From Dipteris shenzhenensis (Eukaryota), in NCBI GenBank assembly GCA_047967505.1, contig CM106538.1: a DNA stretch of 64,000 nt, one strand, 5' to 3'. A model generated the notes under the pieces. It had not been told where the DNA came from, made no database searches, and saw only the letters and a program-made list of their open reading frames with translations. The first letter of the stretch is position 1; the number at the start of each line of letters is the position of its first letter. The position numbers and the translations under genes were made by a program. Of the stretch, positions 11,801 through 24,745 are shown piece by piece.

Positions 11801-14800
11801 AGTTCTTAGTGTGCAGTTGGGAGCAAGTCTCGTTCCCAGGTGCTAGGTCTGATCCTGGATTGAGCCGCGGACGCGCGCCTGCATCTTAGCGTAGCCCAAG
11901 GCCCAGTGGCAGATCCAGGGCTTCACAGCGCCACCTGGTGGTATGGGACACCAGGCTGGTTTGGATCTGATTGGGAGTTCGTGCCAGTAGCTCAGCTCGT
12001 GGCTCGGAGGGGACATCTTCTGATTCGGGATCTTATCCCGTAGATGTCACGGTTGGGTGGTGAGCAGCCTGCTCAGTTCTGATGTTGTGTGTGGTTATTT
12101 TGCAGATCAGGGGTTTCAGGAGTGCTGGGACGTGTCAGTTGGTATCAGAGCCAACTCCTGAGGTAAAAACTTCTGATGCGAGAATTTTGACGGATTTCTC
12201 TTCCAGGTATGCCCTAAAATTCGAGATTTCCTGCTGCGTTTTTGCTGACTACCTGGGGTAGAAGGGGTGAAGAGAAAAGGAAGAAGAAGAGGAGTGAGAT
12301 AGAATCGAAATTTCTGAAGGCTACGGAGAGAAGTTTAGAGGGAGGAGAAAGAGAGCAGAAAAGAAGGAGCGATGTGCAGAAAAAAAGACTGCAAGGGACG
12401 AAGGGATGCGGAGCTTAGGAAGGGGCGCAGTAGGCGAGGCAGTAGAGGCGGGACAGCCTGTGTAAAAGGCTGTCCACAGCCAGCGCAATAGGCTGTCCAC
12501 AGCCTGCGCAACAGGCTGCGAACAGCCTGCGCCTAGGGCTGCGTGCAGCCTGCGCAGGAGAAAGGTGCTTTTTCCAAAAAAAGCACCCCTCCAAAGCTGG
12601 AGGGGCTCAGGTGCTTTTTTCGAAAAAGCACCCCTCCAAAGCTGGAGGGGCTCAGCCTTTTTTGGAAGCCCAGCTTCCAAATCAGGCAGCCCTGCACCCT
12701 ATATAGGTGGGGGCTGGGTGCTAGGCTACCCACAAGCAGCCCCAAGATTCGAGATCTTACCTCGAGTTTCGTGCCCAGCCAGCCTCGTCCTACAGCCTGC
12801 GCCCTGTTTCGATCAGCTCCCCTGCATCAGTCCTCGCCTGCGTCAGCCCTGCACAGCTCCCGCAGCTTCTGTACCAGTCCGTACAGCTCCAGCGACAGCC
12901 GTACAGCCTGTACGGACTGTTCCGCCTGCTCCTGTACCTGCTGCTGCTCCGAACAGAGGCTGCGCCAGCACCTGCAGCCACCGTACGGCCTGCGTCAGCA
13001 GCCGTACAGGCCACGTCAGCAGTCCGCACAGCTTCTACTGCAGCCGGCGCATCCGGTTTGCGGGTTCGGGGAGACTCCAGGACTTGTGGTCTTCCGATTT
13101 GCCAGATTTCAGCATCTCCTTCCGTCAGCTTCATCTGGGACGGTTTTCTTCTGTTCCATCTACCTCTGTGCTTCGTTTCAGTCAGTTATTTCTCTCCGTT
13201 TGTAATCAAATCAGATTTCAGCCATGTCTGATGCTCCAAATCCCGAGTTCACTATGGGAGAGCAAGACTTAGATTACACTCCAGTGGGAGAAATGATCAG
13301 GGTCTCTACGACGACCTGATAACTAAGAAAGCCTTCAGTGAGTTTACGACTGCTCTTGATGGTAAATTTGAGCAGGTCAACGCTAATCAATCGGGGTTGA
13401 CACAGCAACTCCAAGGGATACAAGCAACTCTGACTCTTCTGGCTAGCACGGTTCAGGCGCTCACGCATGTGGATGCCATGGCTTCCGTGCTAGGCCCGAA
13501 TATCACTCCGGATCCCTTTCCAGGTGACCAAAAATCAAGAACAAAGGAGGTGGTTGACACTTGGTTGCACAAGTGGCAAGTACACTTCCAATTCCACCCC
13601 TATCCAGACGAGAAAAAGATTCAGCTTGCAGCAGGGTTTATGTCAAGTAAAGCCTTGCTATGGTGGAAGGAACTCCAGCCTAAGCCTGATACTTGGACAG
13701 ATTTTGAGGGGATCTTCAGGAAGGAGTTCCTAAAGAAGGAGGATGATTACGATATCGTTGGTAAGCTCAAGGCCCTCGATATGTCAAAATTAAACTTGAC
13801 CTTTGAAGTTTAGCTTCAAAGATTTAGGGATCTGCAAAGCAGGGCCACTAAAATGGATCCAGTGACCTTGTTAGGTTTCTTCGTGGATGGTTTGCCAGAC
13901 TCCTATAAGTTGCAGATAAAGAACAACAAGTGCACAACATTGTAGGAGGCCATGACATATGCGCGCATATATGATGATACCATGGCCGGTACCAAGGCAA
14001 CCACAGTTACCGAAACGAGTGGAAAGAACAAACGCAAGTTCTTTCAGCATGCAACTGGTATTGGGGAGACGAAGTCTACGGACAACGCCTCCAGGAAAAG
14101 CTTAACTCCTGCGAAGAATGGTAAGGCCCGTTTCCTTCGCACTCTCAGGCTCAAGAAAGAAGGCCGATGTTTTTATTGCGAGGAGCGGGGCCACACAAAG
14201 AATGAGTGTCCTAAGCGGAAGAACCAAAAGTTGGTGCTAGGACCGAAGCTCTAGGCGGGTCCACGTACCGCAGCCAAGGGAGCCAACCAAGTCACGATGA
14301 CAGGTATTTCAGTAAATATCATTACCTGCCCCCTTTCTTGTAATTGTACCTTTAATACTTCGTTGTTTGGTTCCCATGATCTTTTCCGAGTTTATGGAGA
14401 AGTTAGGGACCAACAGGTTCATATTCTCTTTGATCCGGGCAGCTCTCACAATTTTGTTAATTACAAATTTGTGCAGAAGATGGGGCTGTCCACAGTACCT
14501 AGCGACCACACCTACGAGGTGCAGCTTCAAGCTGGGAAGCAGTTTTGGGATCGCAAGGTTGAAGCGCTTCCCATCCGGATTCAAGCCTACACGGGAGCTC
14601 TCACATGTTATGTTATGCATCTAGAGCATGTAGACTTGCTGATCGGGATAGAGTGGTTTAAAACCCACAATATTCAGATCGGATGGACGGAGCATACGCT
14701 TTCTTTTGTAGACAAGGACACCCAATTTTGTATTCAGTGTGATAAGATTCCCCCTTCTCAGGGGCCTATTGTATCTGCGATGCAGCTTCGGAATATATTA

Positions 14801-17800
14801 AACACTTCTCATTATGATGTCTATCAGTGTGTTTTGATTCCACTTTCTTCATTTGTTGTTTCGGTAATTAACAAAAATGAATTAAGTGTGTTTGAACACC
14901 GTGAATTGAGAATGTTGTTAGATAATTTTAAGGACGTATTCCCAGCTCAACTGCCGGAAGGTTTACCTCCAGAACGGGCAGTAGATCATCGCATAGACTT
15001 AGTCCCAGGGGCTCAACCTATCAGTGTGCCACCTTATAGGATGAGCCAGGTAGAGGAGGATGAGTTAGCTATCCAGCTTCAGGATTACCTGAATATGGGC
15101 TATATCCGCCCAAGTAAATCACCTTGGGGTGCACCTGTCCTCTTAAGAAAGAAGAAAGATTCTTCCTGGAGAATGTGTATAGATTATAAACGATTAAATA
15201 AAGTTACAATTAAGAACCGCTATCCTTTACCTCGTTCTGATGATTTGATAGACCGTTTGGCCGGAGCGAAGTATTTCACTAAGATTGATTTGCGCACGGG
15301 TTATCATCAAATCTGTATCTATGCTAAACACATAGATAGGACCGCATTCCGGACTAGGTATGGTCATTACGAGTTCCTCGTATTACCTTTTGGTTTGACC
15401 AATGCTCCTGCTACTTTTCAGCAGATGATGAACGATTTGTTCAGGGATTATCTGGGCAAATTTGTTGTAGTGTTCTTAGATGACATCTTGGTATATAGTA
15501 AAACGCTTGAGGATCATATAGGACACCTCCGGGTTGTCTTACTTGTTCTAAGACAGCATAAGCTTTATGCCAAGATGAGTAAATGTGACTTCTTTATGAA
15601 GGAGATCATTTACTTAGGACACAAGATTTCTTCTGAAGGTATTAGCATTGATCTGGATCGTATCCAGAAGGTTTTAGAATGGCCTATCCCTCAGTCTGTG
15701 AAACAACTTCGTTCTTTCCTAGGATTTACGGTATTTCTTCGGAAGTCAGTGCGTGATTATTCACATATCACGGCACCTTTGACCAACATATTGAAAGGTC
15801 GTGGACGCAGGTCTACTTAGCCGATCCCTTGGAATGATGCAATGAACAAGGCTTTTGAAACCTTGAAGTTATCTATCAAGGAAGCACCCGTTCTTGCATT
15901 ACCCGATCCTACCCGGCCTTATGTTTTAGAGGCCGATGCGAGCGATTATGCGATTGGGGCAGCTCTATTCCAAGAGGGCAGACCTGTAGCTTTCGAGAGT
16001 AAGAAGCTAGACGACACTCAGTATCGTTGGCCCACACTTGAGAAGGAACTTTATGCTGTAGTGTATGCTCTCAAGGTTTGGAGACACTACTTGTATGGTT
16101 CAAAGTTCCTTGTATTGACTGATCACCAGTCAATTAAGTATGTGTGTGATGGCTCAGAATTGAGAGGAAGGAAAGCTAGATGGGCAGAATTAATGCAGGA
16201 TTTTGATTTCGAAATACGTTATCGTAAGGGTTCGTTGAATAGTGTGGCCGATGCCTTAAGTCGAGTTAAGTTTGTAAATGCTTTGTCATTTACGGAAATA
16301 TCCTCAGACCTATTTCAATCCTTGAGAGGGCTATACGCAACTGATAGTCATTTCAGTTCTTATTGGCAAAGAGTCCAGGATGGGAGCTCCATGGTTGACC
16401 AGGACTCAGGGATTGTGCCACCTAGGATACAGGTGGCGGGAGGTCAGTGGATGATTAGGAACGGCTTGCTGTTCCGGAATGAAAAGATTTGTGTGCCTGA
16501 TGTTCTGGACCTTAAATCCAAGATTCTCTGGAAGTGTCATGATGCTCCTAGTGCGGGGCATCCAGGTATACATAGGACCCTGTCTCTTGTGAAGCATACC
16601 TTTTATTGGCCTAAGATGCGTGCATTTATAGAGAACTATGTAGTAGGTTGCCAACTACTCTAAGTATGAGTTCCTCGGATCATGCACAATCCGATGGCAG
16701 TACAGAAAAGGTCGACCAGTTGGTTGAAGACATGCTTCGAGCATATGTATCTAAGAGACAGTCTTCATGGGAAGATTATCTACCCATGATTGAATTTGCT
16801 TACAACAGTGCAAAGCATTCTAGTACAGGTTACAGTCCTTTTATGCTTATGTACGGGTTTCAACCTAAGTCACCAGTTATGGTAGGATTAAAAGGGATTC
16901 AGAATGATGCTGCTAATAACTTCTTGCAAGACATGCAGGAAATGTTGCAGTTTGCCAAGGAGTCTATTAGAAGTGCCCAAGATCGGGACAGATTTTATGC
17001 TAATAGACATCGTTCACCCAGAGAGTTCTCTGAAGGAACGATGGTATATTTGAGAATTCCTAAGGAATCCAAGAGCCTAAGTACTGGTGGTTTGGTTCCG
17101 AAATTATCCCCCAGATACTGTGGCCCATTCAAGGTCATTAAAAGAATTGGACCAGTTGCATATCGACTAGAATTGCCTCCTGATGTTAAAGTACATCCAG
17201 TCTTTCATGTCAGTAGACTGAAAGAAGTATTGGGTGCAGATGATCAACTTGTTTCTCCTCATGAGATTATAGAAGTTACAGATTTGACTTTTATTCCTCA
17301 CGAACCTAAATCTATTCTTGAATTTCGTGAAAGGCAGATTCGAAATCGTACTATCACGGAATACAAGATTAAGTGGAAGAATCGTGTTGAGGAGGATGCA
17401 ACATGGGAGACATTACAAAACCTCCAAAGAACATTTCCGGATTTCTTAGCGAACTCAGGAGTGAGTTCTTAGAGGAGGGGGAGTATGTCATGTGCACGGA
17501 TTGGTATCTGACGTGTACTAGGTACACAGAACTAGCTCAGGTTAGCCTGGGGAGGCTTAGAGCTAGGCAGGCTTGATTCTCGGGTTGAGTGACAAGGGTA
17601 CGAACTATTTATAGGTCTTCGCTATTTTTGGCGCCGGGGCCCGAGTCTATAAAAGAGGCGCAGGGGGTTCAGTTCTCAGTGTGCAGTTGGAAGCAAGTCT
17701 CGTTCCCAGGTGCTAGGTCTAATCCTGGATTGTGTCGCGGACGCGCGCCTGCATCTTAGCGTAGCCCAAGGCCCAGTGGCAGATCCAGGGCTTCACAGCG

Positions 17801-20800
17801 CCACCAGGCTGGTTTGGATCTGATTGGGAGTTCGTGCCAGTAGCTCAGCTCGTGGCTCGGAGGGGACATCTTCTGATTCGGGATCTTATCCCGTAGATGT
17901 CACGGTTTGGTGGTGAGCAGCCTGCTCAGTTCTGATGTTGTGTGTGGTTATTTTGCAGATCAGGGGTTTCAGGAGTGCTGGGACGTGTCACAAAGGATAA
18001 CGCTGGCAAAGGAAATGTTTCTATTGTGACACGCCAAGCCATTTTGCGAAGGATTGCAGAAAGAAGAAGGCGGATCAGATGAACGAGGAGGAGTAAGATA
18101 CAGATGGTGACACAAAAGCCAAAGCTAATGTGGCAATCAGAGAACTATTCTTGGTGACGTCCCCATGTGTTACTGAGGTAAGATATGCAGACCTAAAAGC
18201 CACAGTAAAGATGTCTGACATTGAGATGTGGGCTGACAACAACTCAGAAACCTTTGTGAAGGTGAAGGGCAGCATGGAGTGCTTGGGATCTTCAAGTGCG
18301 TGGCTGTCGATGCTGACACAAGGGTGGATTCCATGGAGTGCCCTAGGGATTTATGTTCAGATAGTTTCTGTAATTCAGAAGGGGGCAGTACAGGATTGCA
18401 CAAGTTATTGGTATGTGCCTCAATGAGGTGCATGGTTTCCTTTCAGAGCAAGCACACAGGCAGTACGACTATCTAGTATATACTTGATGTTCTAAATTTG
18501 ACCCTTTATAGCATGCTGTGGAGAGAATCTGCTCTTCATGTGTCTCGGGTAATGCAAGATTGGAAGGAACGAGCCTTCTTCGAAGGCAAAAGGAGAAGTG
18601 TGGGTGCTTCTTCAAATCTCAGACGTAGGTTGCTGGAAGGTGATTATGCACAAGGTGTACTGAAGCCAGAAGAGTACTTGCTTGAGAGCTCAATACGAGT
18701 TCGTGGTCCAGGTTATCTGGAAATATTATTGGAATTTCATTTCTCGAGGTGGTTCTTTTGTTGCGGCGAACTGAGCTCAAGAGAGCTGGTACCTTGGCTG
18801 TCTCATAGGGCACAAGGAGTTGAGATCTTTGAACAGAGAGTCTACATACGCTCGAGGTGGAGCACGCGGGCTCAGTGTTCTAGAGATATCCGTCCGGCAG
18901 ATAGTAGAAGTACCTTCTGGTAAGATCAAAGGATGACACTCCGGTGGGACTTTGGATCTATTCCTTTGTATTGTGTCCATAGCTTTGGACAGAAATATAT
19001 TCCTTTGGTGGTTTCTATATCTAGCTGGATCATTGTCTATTTACTAGTCTGCACATCTATTTGAAGCACATAAGTTAAGAAGTTTGTGATTCCACACCCC
19101 ACACACACTGTGTGAGCTCCTAGGCTATTCTATCAGTCTTCCCATCCCTCGTCCTTGGAACTAGTTCCCACAAAACTTAGGGGTTGTGGCTTAGAAGAAA
19201 GGAGTATACTATGGAGAATAAGGGTCCACCACATGAGGAGAGCATGGGGGAGTGAAACCTGTAAGATGTAGGGGGATTTACGAGAGACATAGGCGGCTTC
19301 CACATGGACAGCGCATTGGTATATAGGCAGCATGCAGGGATCCTTCGTTCGTTTATCCTTCTTGTATTAGTTTATGATCCACCCATTCGAGCAGATCTGT
19401 CTTATGGACAGCCATGGTGTCAACCATCCATTGGACCACACAAGGGCCCTGATATGAGGAGAGCAAGGGGGGTGACATCTGTAAAGATGTAGGGACAGAG
19501 GGGCTGCCACATGGGCAGCGCATTGGCTGCCATGTGGGAAGCATGCATGGATCCTTCATGGTTTTATCCTTCTTATATCAGTTTATGATCCACCTATTAG
19601 GTCAGCCAGAATGCCAGCCTTTATAGGGCTGCTACAGGTGGCCCAACAGAGCTAGGGGGTTGTCCAGCAGGTTGGCCATCCCTACAGACCAGATCAGCCA
19701 AAGAGGCAGGCCATCTAGGGGGCTATATAAAGCCCCCATTTGGGGCGAAAAAGTATTCAGTTCTTGCATTGGCAAGGTGCATTCCAGACATCAACAGAAG
19801 GCCAAAAAGGACAGCTCAGTTTAAGACACCTGGCAGTCACCGTAGGGTGCACTCCAGGCACGAACAGTGGGCAGCAAGTACAGCAATTCATTGCATCCAC
19901 ATGCACCTCAGATCTAACATCATTGGCATAGCCCCCCCGTTGTCCACATGGTGTAGGTTGTGAGCAATGTTTTTTTCTTGGAGACCCCCCAAATAACTTC
20001 CACTGAATATTGCCTTAGCCATAATACACGTGCAGTTTTATGCTCAAACAACCAAGAAGCCTGTAAATTTAAAACCTTAAACAAAAAGCAAGAGAAGCAG
20101 CTGCACTGTCAAAATTGACAAACATGGTGGACTTCTCAAAACAAGAAAATTTGGCATTTTGGAGACCGAATTTTCAAAATGTGAAGTTAATAACCAGAAA
20201 CAATCTCTCGTACCTGTAGAGCTAAATCCAAACCACCATTCTCCACTTGCTGAAAGTATAATAGCTGCCAAGACACTACATTTAGTTACTACTCTTTCTC
20301 ATTAAATCTGCCTCTCTATGAACAATAAAAGAAAAGATGAATTAAAGCACCACCATAAATGTTGCAAGTCAACAGTTGGAGCTCTTCAATACTAGATAAG
20401 GCAATAAGTATGAGATCCCCCCCCCCCCATGCAAAGTATAGATGACATCATGCTAGATATTCACGAGGGTGGCCGCAAGTAGGGTCTGCTGCCCCCCATC
20501 ACAAAATACATCGCCACCCAGATATTCCAAGCTGTGTCCCAAACGCTGTCCTCCGGCGAGAGCTCTGGGAGCCATCAAGTTAGAGAGGGCCTCCTGGCTG
20601 GCGCCCTGCTCACAGTCAATGAAGTAGGCAAGAGAGGTCTTCTCGATGAAGAAAGCATGCCTCCCCGCTATCAGCCAGGCCACCATCCCCCACATGAAAA
20701 TCCTGAAAGAGCCCAACCAAATCCTAGGTCAGGTTATAAGCAACCTTCCCGGATTCCAAGGGGAGCACACCTGATGGCAGCACAGAAGTGGAGCAGGAAA

Positions 20801-23800
20801 GAGCCCCTCTCTGGCTGTATGGGGGACAGAACAGCCCATCGAGAGGGCTGACCACCAGACCAACGCCCAAAGGGCCTGGTGACCTGCAGCAAGGGGTCAC
20901 ACTATATGGCACCTTCCACAGCTCCAAGGGGAGCAGAGATCAAGCGAGGCAGAAGGCAGGAAACGGTGGAATGGAAGGAGGGGGAGATGACAGGCACAGG
21001 GAAGAGTGCCAGTAGATCACCCCCCGTGAGCAGAGTGCTCATAGGCGAACAGAGCAGGCAGAGAGGGTGGAAGGAAAGGAAGAAAGGGGGTCGAAGTTCA
21101 CAGATTGACAGTGGGGGAGTGGAAGGGGAGCAGGTTCCAATCAGACAAAATTCATCTTTTATCAGGACTACACAATGAGTCCCACCATCAGAAAACGGTC
21201 AAGGGAAAGTATGAGCTCATCCGGTACACTAATCCCAAAAAAAAAATCTTTCTTCTTTGAAAGGGTTGAGGAACCAAACTTGAAAAAACTCCTTACCATT
21301 TTATTAAACTGAGATTCCTATGCTATGTTTAATTACGGGTCAAACTCTCCCTCTAGTCCCTAAATTTCATTTCATAAAATGCAATACATACCTTAAATTT
21401 ACTTTGTGCATTCGACATTACTCGGACCACAACTCCAGCATCTGCTTGGACCTCTGAAATAGTCACTCTGTAAAAATGAGCACCCTGCTTTTCAACCTGT
21501 TCATATCACACAATAAAATATTTCAAATACAAACCATTTCACATCAGCAACGTTTTCTACATAATGCGGCCAAAATTTTCAGTGAAAGGCTTACCTTGTC
21601 AGTTAGAGGTCTACCCAGTGGAAGTGTTTTGATTGTCACTGTACCAGTAAGAGCGTTCTCTAGCACATAAGTAGATATTGATGTTTTGAAAGGCACACCA
21701 AGCTTGCTGAAACGAGAGACAGTATGACTCAAAAACCTTAGGAATGCAAGTTCTCTAAAAAAGATGTGTGGTACAGTGAGAACTCAGTTTTTTTTTTCGA
21801 AGGGGGGCCCCGGGGGGTAATAATAGCTTTACCTAAATAGAGCTGCAAACATAGTATTGACAGTGCCAAGGTTTGAAAGATCAAGTTCATCAACATCCAC
21901 AGCCTAACACAAAAACCATCAATCCATCGGTAATTGTCAAATCATAGTTCATTGTAGTTGAACAGAAAATCCTACAAACACACTTTGGCTATACACAGCT
22001 GTTTCACAGGACTTTCATAGCATATCACATCCTTACAAAGTGGTAATTCTTAAATGTCTAGATCGCAGTAAAATATCAAGAATGTACATAGATGCATTAC
22101 ACACATTAGTACCTCAAAACCAGCGAGATCATATTGTTGGCGTTTTGCTGGATCTGACAATATACCATAAGAACATGCTACTTCTTTAAACATTTCTGCA
22201 GCTTCTGGATTGTCGATATTCTTGTCAGGGTGAAACCTGTTACAGAAGCAAAGCCTTGAATTGTGCTTGCTTCTTACAACTTAAAAGTTTCATGAAGCAT
22301 AAACTGGTTCAAAGTACGTTAATGGTGTACATATGGACTATTCTGCACTAGAAATTCAGTCCTGGCTTGAAAACCAGAATATGATTAAAGCTCCAGGATG
22401 CTCTATGCATGACTAACACAGCAGACCATTTAAATACAAAACTTGCTCCATAGACATAAATAGCTTGTTTCTATTGTTAAGGAAATGATGAAGAGATGAC
22501 AATACAATTGGACAACAAATTCAACAAAATTGACCTTCATCAGAAGATTAAGAAGCATAAAGCAGCTGCTTTATTTCTAGGAGTTGGGGGTCGCCACATC
22601 GATAGTATGATTGCAAGTACATGAGTTGAAGCAATCGCGATTCTGGCGAATGTAAGGATTCTTGATCCCATTACTGATACTCCTCAATATTAGGAAGAGT
22701 AAGAATATGGGATTGGGTTCTAATATGTGATACAAGCAACACAATAAAAGCTAACCCTCATAGAAAAGATATCCAAACCTGAACGGAATGATGATGATAC
22801 ATGTGGGGTTTATAAGAAGGGGTCACATGCTCAAAAGGATAGGATTCGAAGACAAAATCACAGATTAAAGGGCATAAAGACTTGAGTATCAGAGGAGCTC
22901 ACTCCAAACCGGCTTAAACAAAAAGCCACAAAACTCAATAAAGTAAGGGAAGGTCGAAAGAAGGGTCAATGGACTGCTTGCACAGAAGGGACAGCAGTCC
23001 TCAAAGCCTCAAGACTAAACTGAACGACTTTCAACCTTGAATTGATGTAATGGGGCGTAGCTCACTTTGTGATTTTTACCATACTATGCCAACAATAATA
23101 ATTACAAACATGCTTTATGCACTCCCACTTTGGGGACTTGATCTAATGGCTAGTTATTGGTCCCATAGAACTTTTTGGTCTTCCATGGACACTCAATCCC
23201 GCCTCAAAGTGCTTAACCGCAAGCATCACTTGGGCACTCCATATGGAATAATGAGGACCTTATGCGGAGTCAATACGCCCAAAAGCTCAAGGAGTTGGAA
23301 AAAATCAGGACAGCAAAAAAGGAAGGTAAACATGCATACATGAAAGATGGAAAAGTTGTAATTACAGAAAAAAGCAAGGGGGGAGAGAAAGAAGCATAGG
23401 GACTCGAGACCCTCAGGATCAAAGTGTGGAGCTTAGGAGGTTGGACCATGGACAAAGTCATCGCACTGGAAGAAGAAATAGTTGAACAGACATACTTATA
23501 ATTTTGGAGGCATGGCAGCATGAGGCCCAGAAATTCAACGGTTCATAAAAACTTCAATCTGGAATGCAAAAACACACATAGGGGACGAGGGCTTGGTGGG
23601 ATAGCATGCTGCATAAGAATGACATGGGAAACAACAGCAAAAGTTGTAGAAGAGGACCAACACAAACAATACATATGGATGGATATCATGGCAAAGGATG
23701 GGAATATCAAAATGGCAGCATGTTTATTTTGCACCCTCACAATCACCCATCTACAAAAACAGCAGCGACGTATACCAAGAAGACCCCCTCGTGCATTCAG

Positions 23801-24745
23801 GGGAGGATATAGCCAGGTTCTCTAAAGAGAGCACAATTATTCTCATAGGAGACTTCAATGCATGAACAGGATCAATGCAAGGCATCCTAACAACGGAGGG
23901 GAGAGACCCCATATGGATGGACGAAGTGGAAGAAAATAACGAAGAAACAAGAGGATGGAAAAGGACATCAAATGATGCGGGGGAAATCACTCATTTGAGA
24001 AGGCAACTCCTCACATTGTGTGGATGCTTTGGCCTACAAATATGCAATGGCACAACAAACTTTCAAGGCACAGGAGGGTACACATGCAAGACATGACCTT
24101 TGTAAGACTAGAATATATCCAATCGTGCAAATTCAGATTTTTGTTGTTCTAAAGTCCTAAATTCTACAATGAAAATAACAGAGAAAACGAAAGATGAGCT
24201 AACCAAAAAGAAAAGAAAAGAAAAAGATAGACATACCTAGCAAGCAAAGAAATGCTTATGTCATCATCAGTGCCCAAGCATAAACAGCTATACTGGGTTT
24301 CTAAAGACCCGCGGAGTCTCACATGCAAGACAGCCCAAGGGTCAACTGTAGTTGATTATGTGATCACAAACTCACATGCAAAGAACATGATTGATTACAT
24401 CTAGATCCAGGAGGAGTCTCTTGACTCAGGCCATAGAGGAATGTCTATAGGCATAATGGGAACAAGCAATGCTATGGAAAAAATAGAAAATTACTGCACA
24501 CCTCAGGCTAAGCATGGACTATACAAAAGCGCATATGTATGAAGCGTAGAGGACGTCAAATTAGACTAAGGTCGAAAATGGCGATACGATCGTATTTCTT
24601 ACTTGAGAGCCATTTTCCGGTACGCTGCCTTTATTTGCTGTTCAGATGCATCTCGAGGGACATTCAAGACTTCGTATGGATCCCTTCTCAGCTTTGAAGA
24701 AGTGACTACATCTTCCTCTGATATGCCTTTGGCTTGATTAGACAT
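7289..24745 (-). CDS. ARG1: ARG1/AtJ15-AtJ16 family DnaJ protein (ALTERED RESPONSE TO GRAVITY 1-like); multi-exon, last exon not found in the window
   Basis: Exons on minus: 24745-24603, 22236-22113, 21903-21833, 21706-21595, 21496-21392, 20264-20214, 8229-8140, 7853-7745, 7638-7490, 7342-7289. Splice phases are consistent and there are no stops. Protein MSNQAKG...[35 protein letters not shown]...DLSNLGTVNTMFAALFSKLGVP...SKFKLLYFQQ...VTSAGMYFLHFQVYR...LEGLQPCELSELKAGAHIFAVYGDNFF...KRNELRQFELEYKEVLARF is colinear with Arabidopsis ARG1 as I recall it. The HPD motif is intact. Confidence 0.93.
8545..8860. repeat. Compound (GT)n/(GC)n/(AC)n microsatellites with a short tandem duplication, in intron 6
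   Basis: Dinucleotide runs at 8545-8585, 8694-8710 and 8789-8858. GTGTGTAATACATATACAATACACATACATAC occurs twice (~8705 and ~8750). Confidence 0.85.
9919..11290 (+). repeat. LTR-like retroelement fragments
   Basis: 9919-10000 shares motifs (GAGGAGAGC..GGGG, GGGCTGCCACATGGGCA) with 19234-19600. Contains a TATAAA box, TGTCAC at ~10291 and a 50-bp-period duplication at 10328-10411. No coding remnant recognised. Confidence 0.4.
11616..12137 (+). repeat. 5' LTR (522 bp)
   Basis: TGTCATGTGC...GGACGTGTCA; near-identical to 17486-17990. Confidence 0.97.
12140..12152 (+). promoter_or_regulatory. Primer-binding site (tRNA-iMet)
   Basis: TGGTATCAGAGCC, 2 nt after the LTR. Confidence 0.95.
13224..17472 (+). 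pseudogene. gag-pol with C-terminal chromodomain, disrupted
   Basis: Gag (KALLWW), knuckle CFYCEERGHTKNEC, protease LFDPGSSHNF, RT FLDD, RNase H EADASDYAIGA. Integrase core is deleted at ~16660 (GCQLL joined to SMSSSDHAQSDG). GPF motif, then chromodomain EPKSILE...EYKIKWKNRVEEDATWE. Several in-frame stops. Confidence 0.93.
17486..17990 (+). repeat. 3' LTR (505 bp)
   Basis: Follows the PPT at 17471-17483. Differs from the 5' LTR by about 8 substitutions and a 17-bp deletion, counted by eye. Confidence 0.97.
18773..19141 (+). repeat. LTR fragment of the same family as 1313-2712
   Basis: Colinear similarity with 1599-1961 (GAGCTCAAGAG.GCTGGTACCTTGGCTGTCTC ... GGCTATTCTATCAGTCTTC). Confidence 0.85.
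19234..19598 (+). repeat. Diverged tandem duplication (~220-bp period) in LTR-like DNA
   Basis: GAGGAGAGCA...CCACATGG.CAGCGCATTGG...TTTATCCTTCTT.TAT.AGTTTATGATCCACC occurs at ~19234 and ~19456. Confidence 0.7.
22550..24550 (+). mobile_element. Degenerate LINE (ORF1 end and AP-endonuclease domain) in intron 1, antisense to the host gene
   Basis: ORF1-like end ELEKIRTAKKEGKHAYMKDGKVVI. APE motifs GRGLGGIACCI, IILIGDFNA, LQICNG...YTCKT/AQGSTVVDY...DSGHR. No RT domain. Confidence 0.8.

Larger units (their letters stand above)
11616..17990 (+). mobile_element. Structurally complete Ty3/gypsy chromovirus with internally deleted integrase
   Basis: Two TG...CA LTRs, 5-bp TSD CAAAG (11611-11615 and 17991-17995), tRNA-iMet PBS, PPT AGAGGAGGGGGAG, and gag-PR-RT-RH-INT-chromodomain order. 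Confidence 0.97.
11330..18760 (+). mobile_element. Degenerate Ty1/copia fragment interrupted by the 11616-17990 gypsy element
   Basis: Joining the flanks across TSD CAAAG gives copia gag-like QLALIVLRQLQQSFKSFVTTVTV...LTFEELGPLLL*EEAREK...ALLAK|DNAGK, then the zinc knuckle CFYCDTPSHFAKDC at ~18016-18057. Downstream sequence is heavily decayed. Confidence 0.7.

Noticed and set aside
12321-13272. Long overlapping ORFs (220 aa, 235 aa and others)
   Set aside because: They arise from GC-rich low-complexity repeats in the retrotransposon leader; no recognisable domain.
14252-14260. Programmed stop read-through between in-frame gag and pol
   Set aside because: The TAG is followed by GCGGGT, not a CARYYA-type signal, and the element has other random stops. 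Most likely a CAG>TAG mutation.
20430-21290. GC-rich block with several short ORFs in intron 5
   Set aside because: Probably a TE fragment, but I could not recognise a domain or termini.
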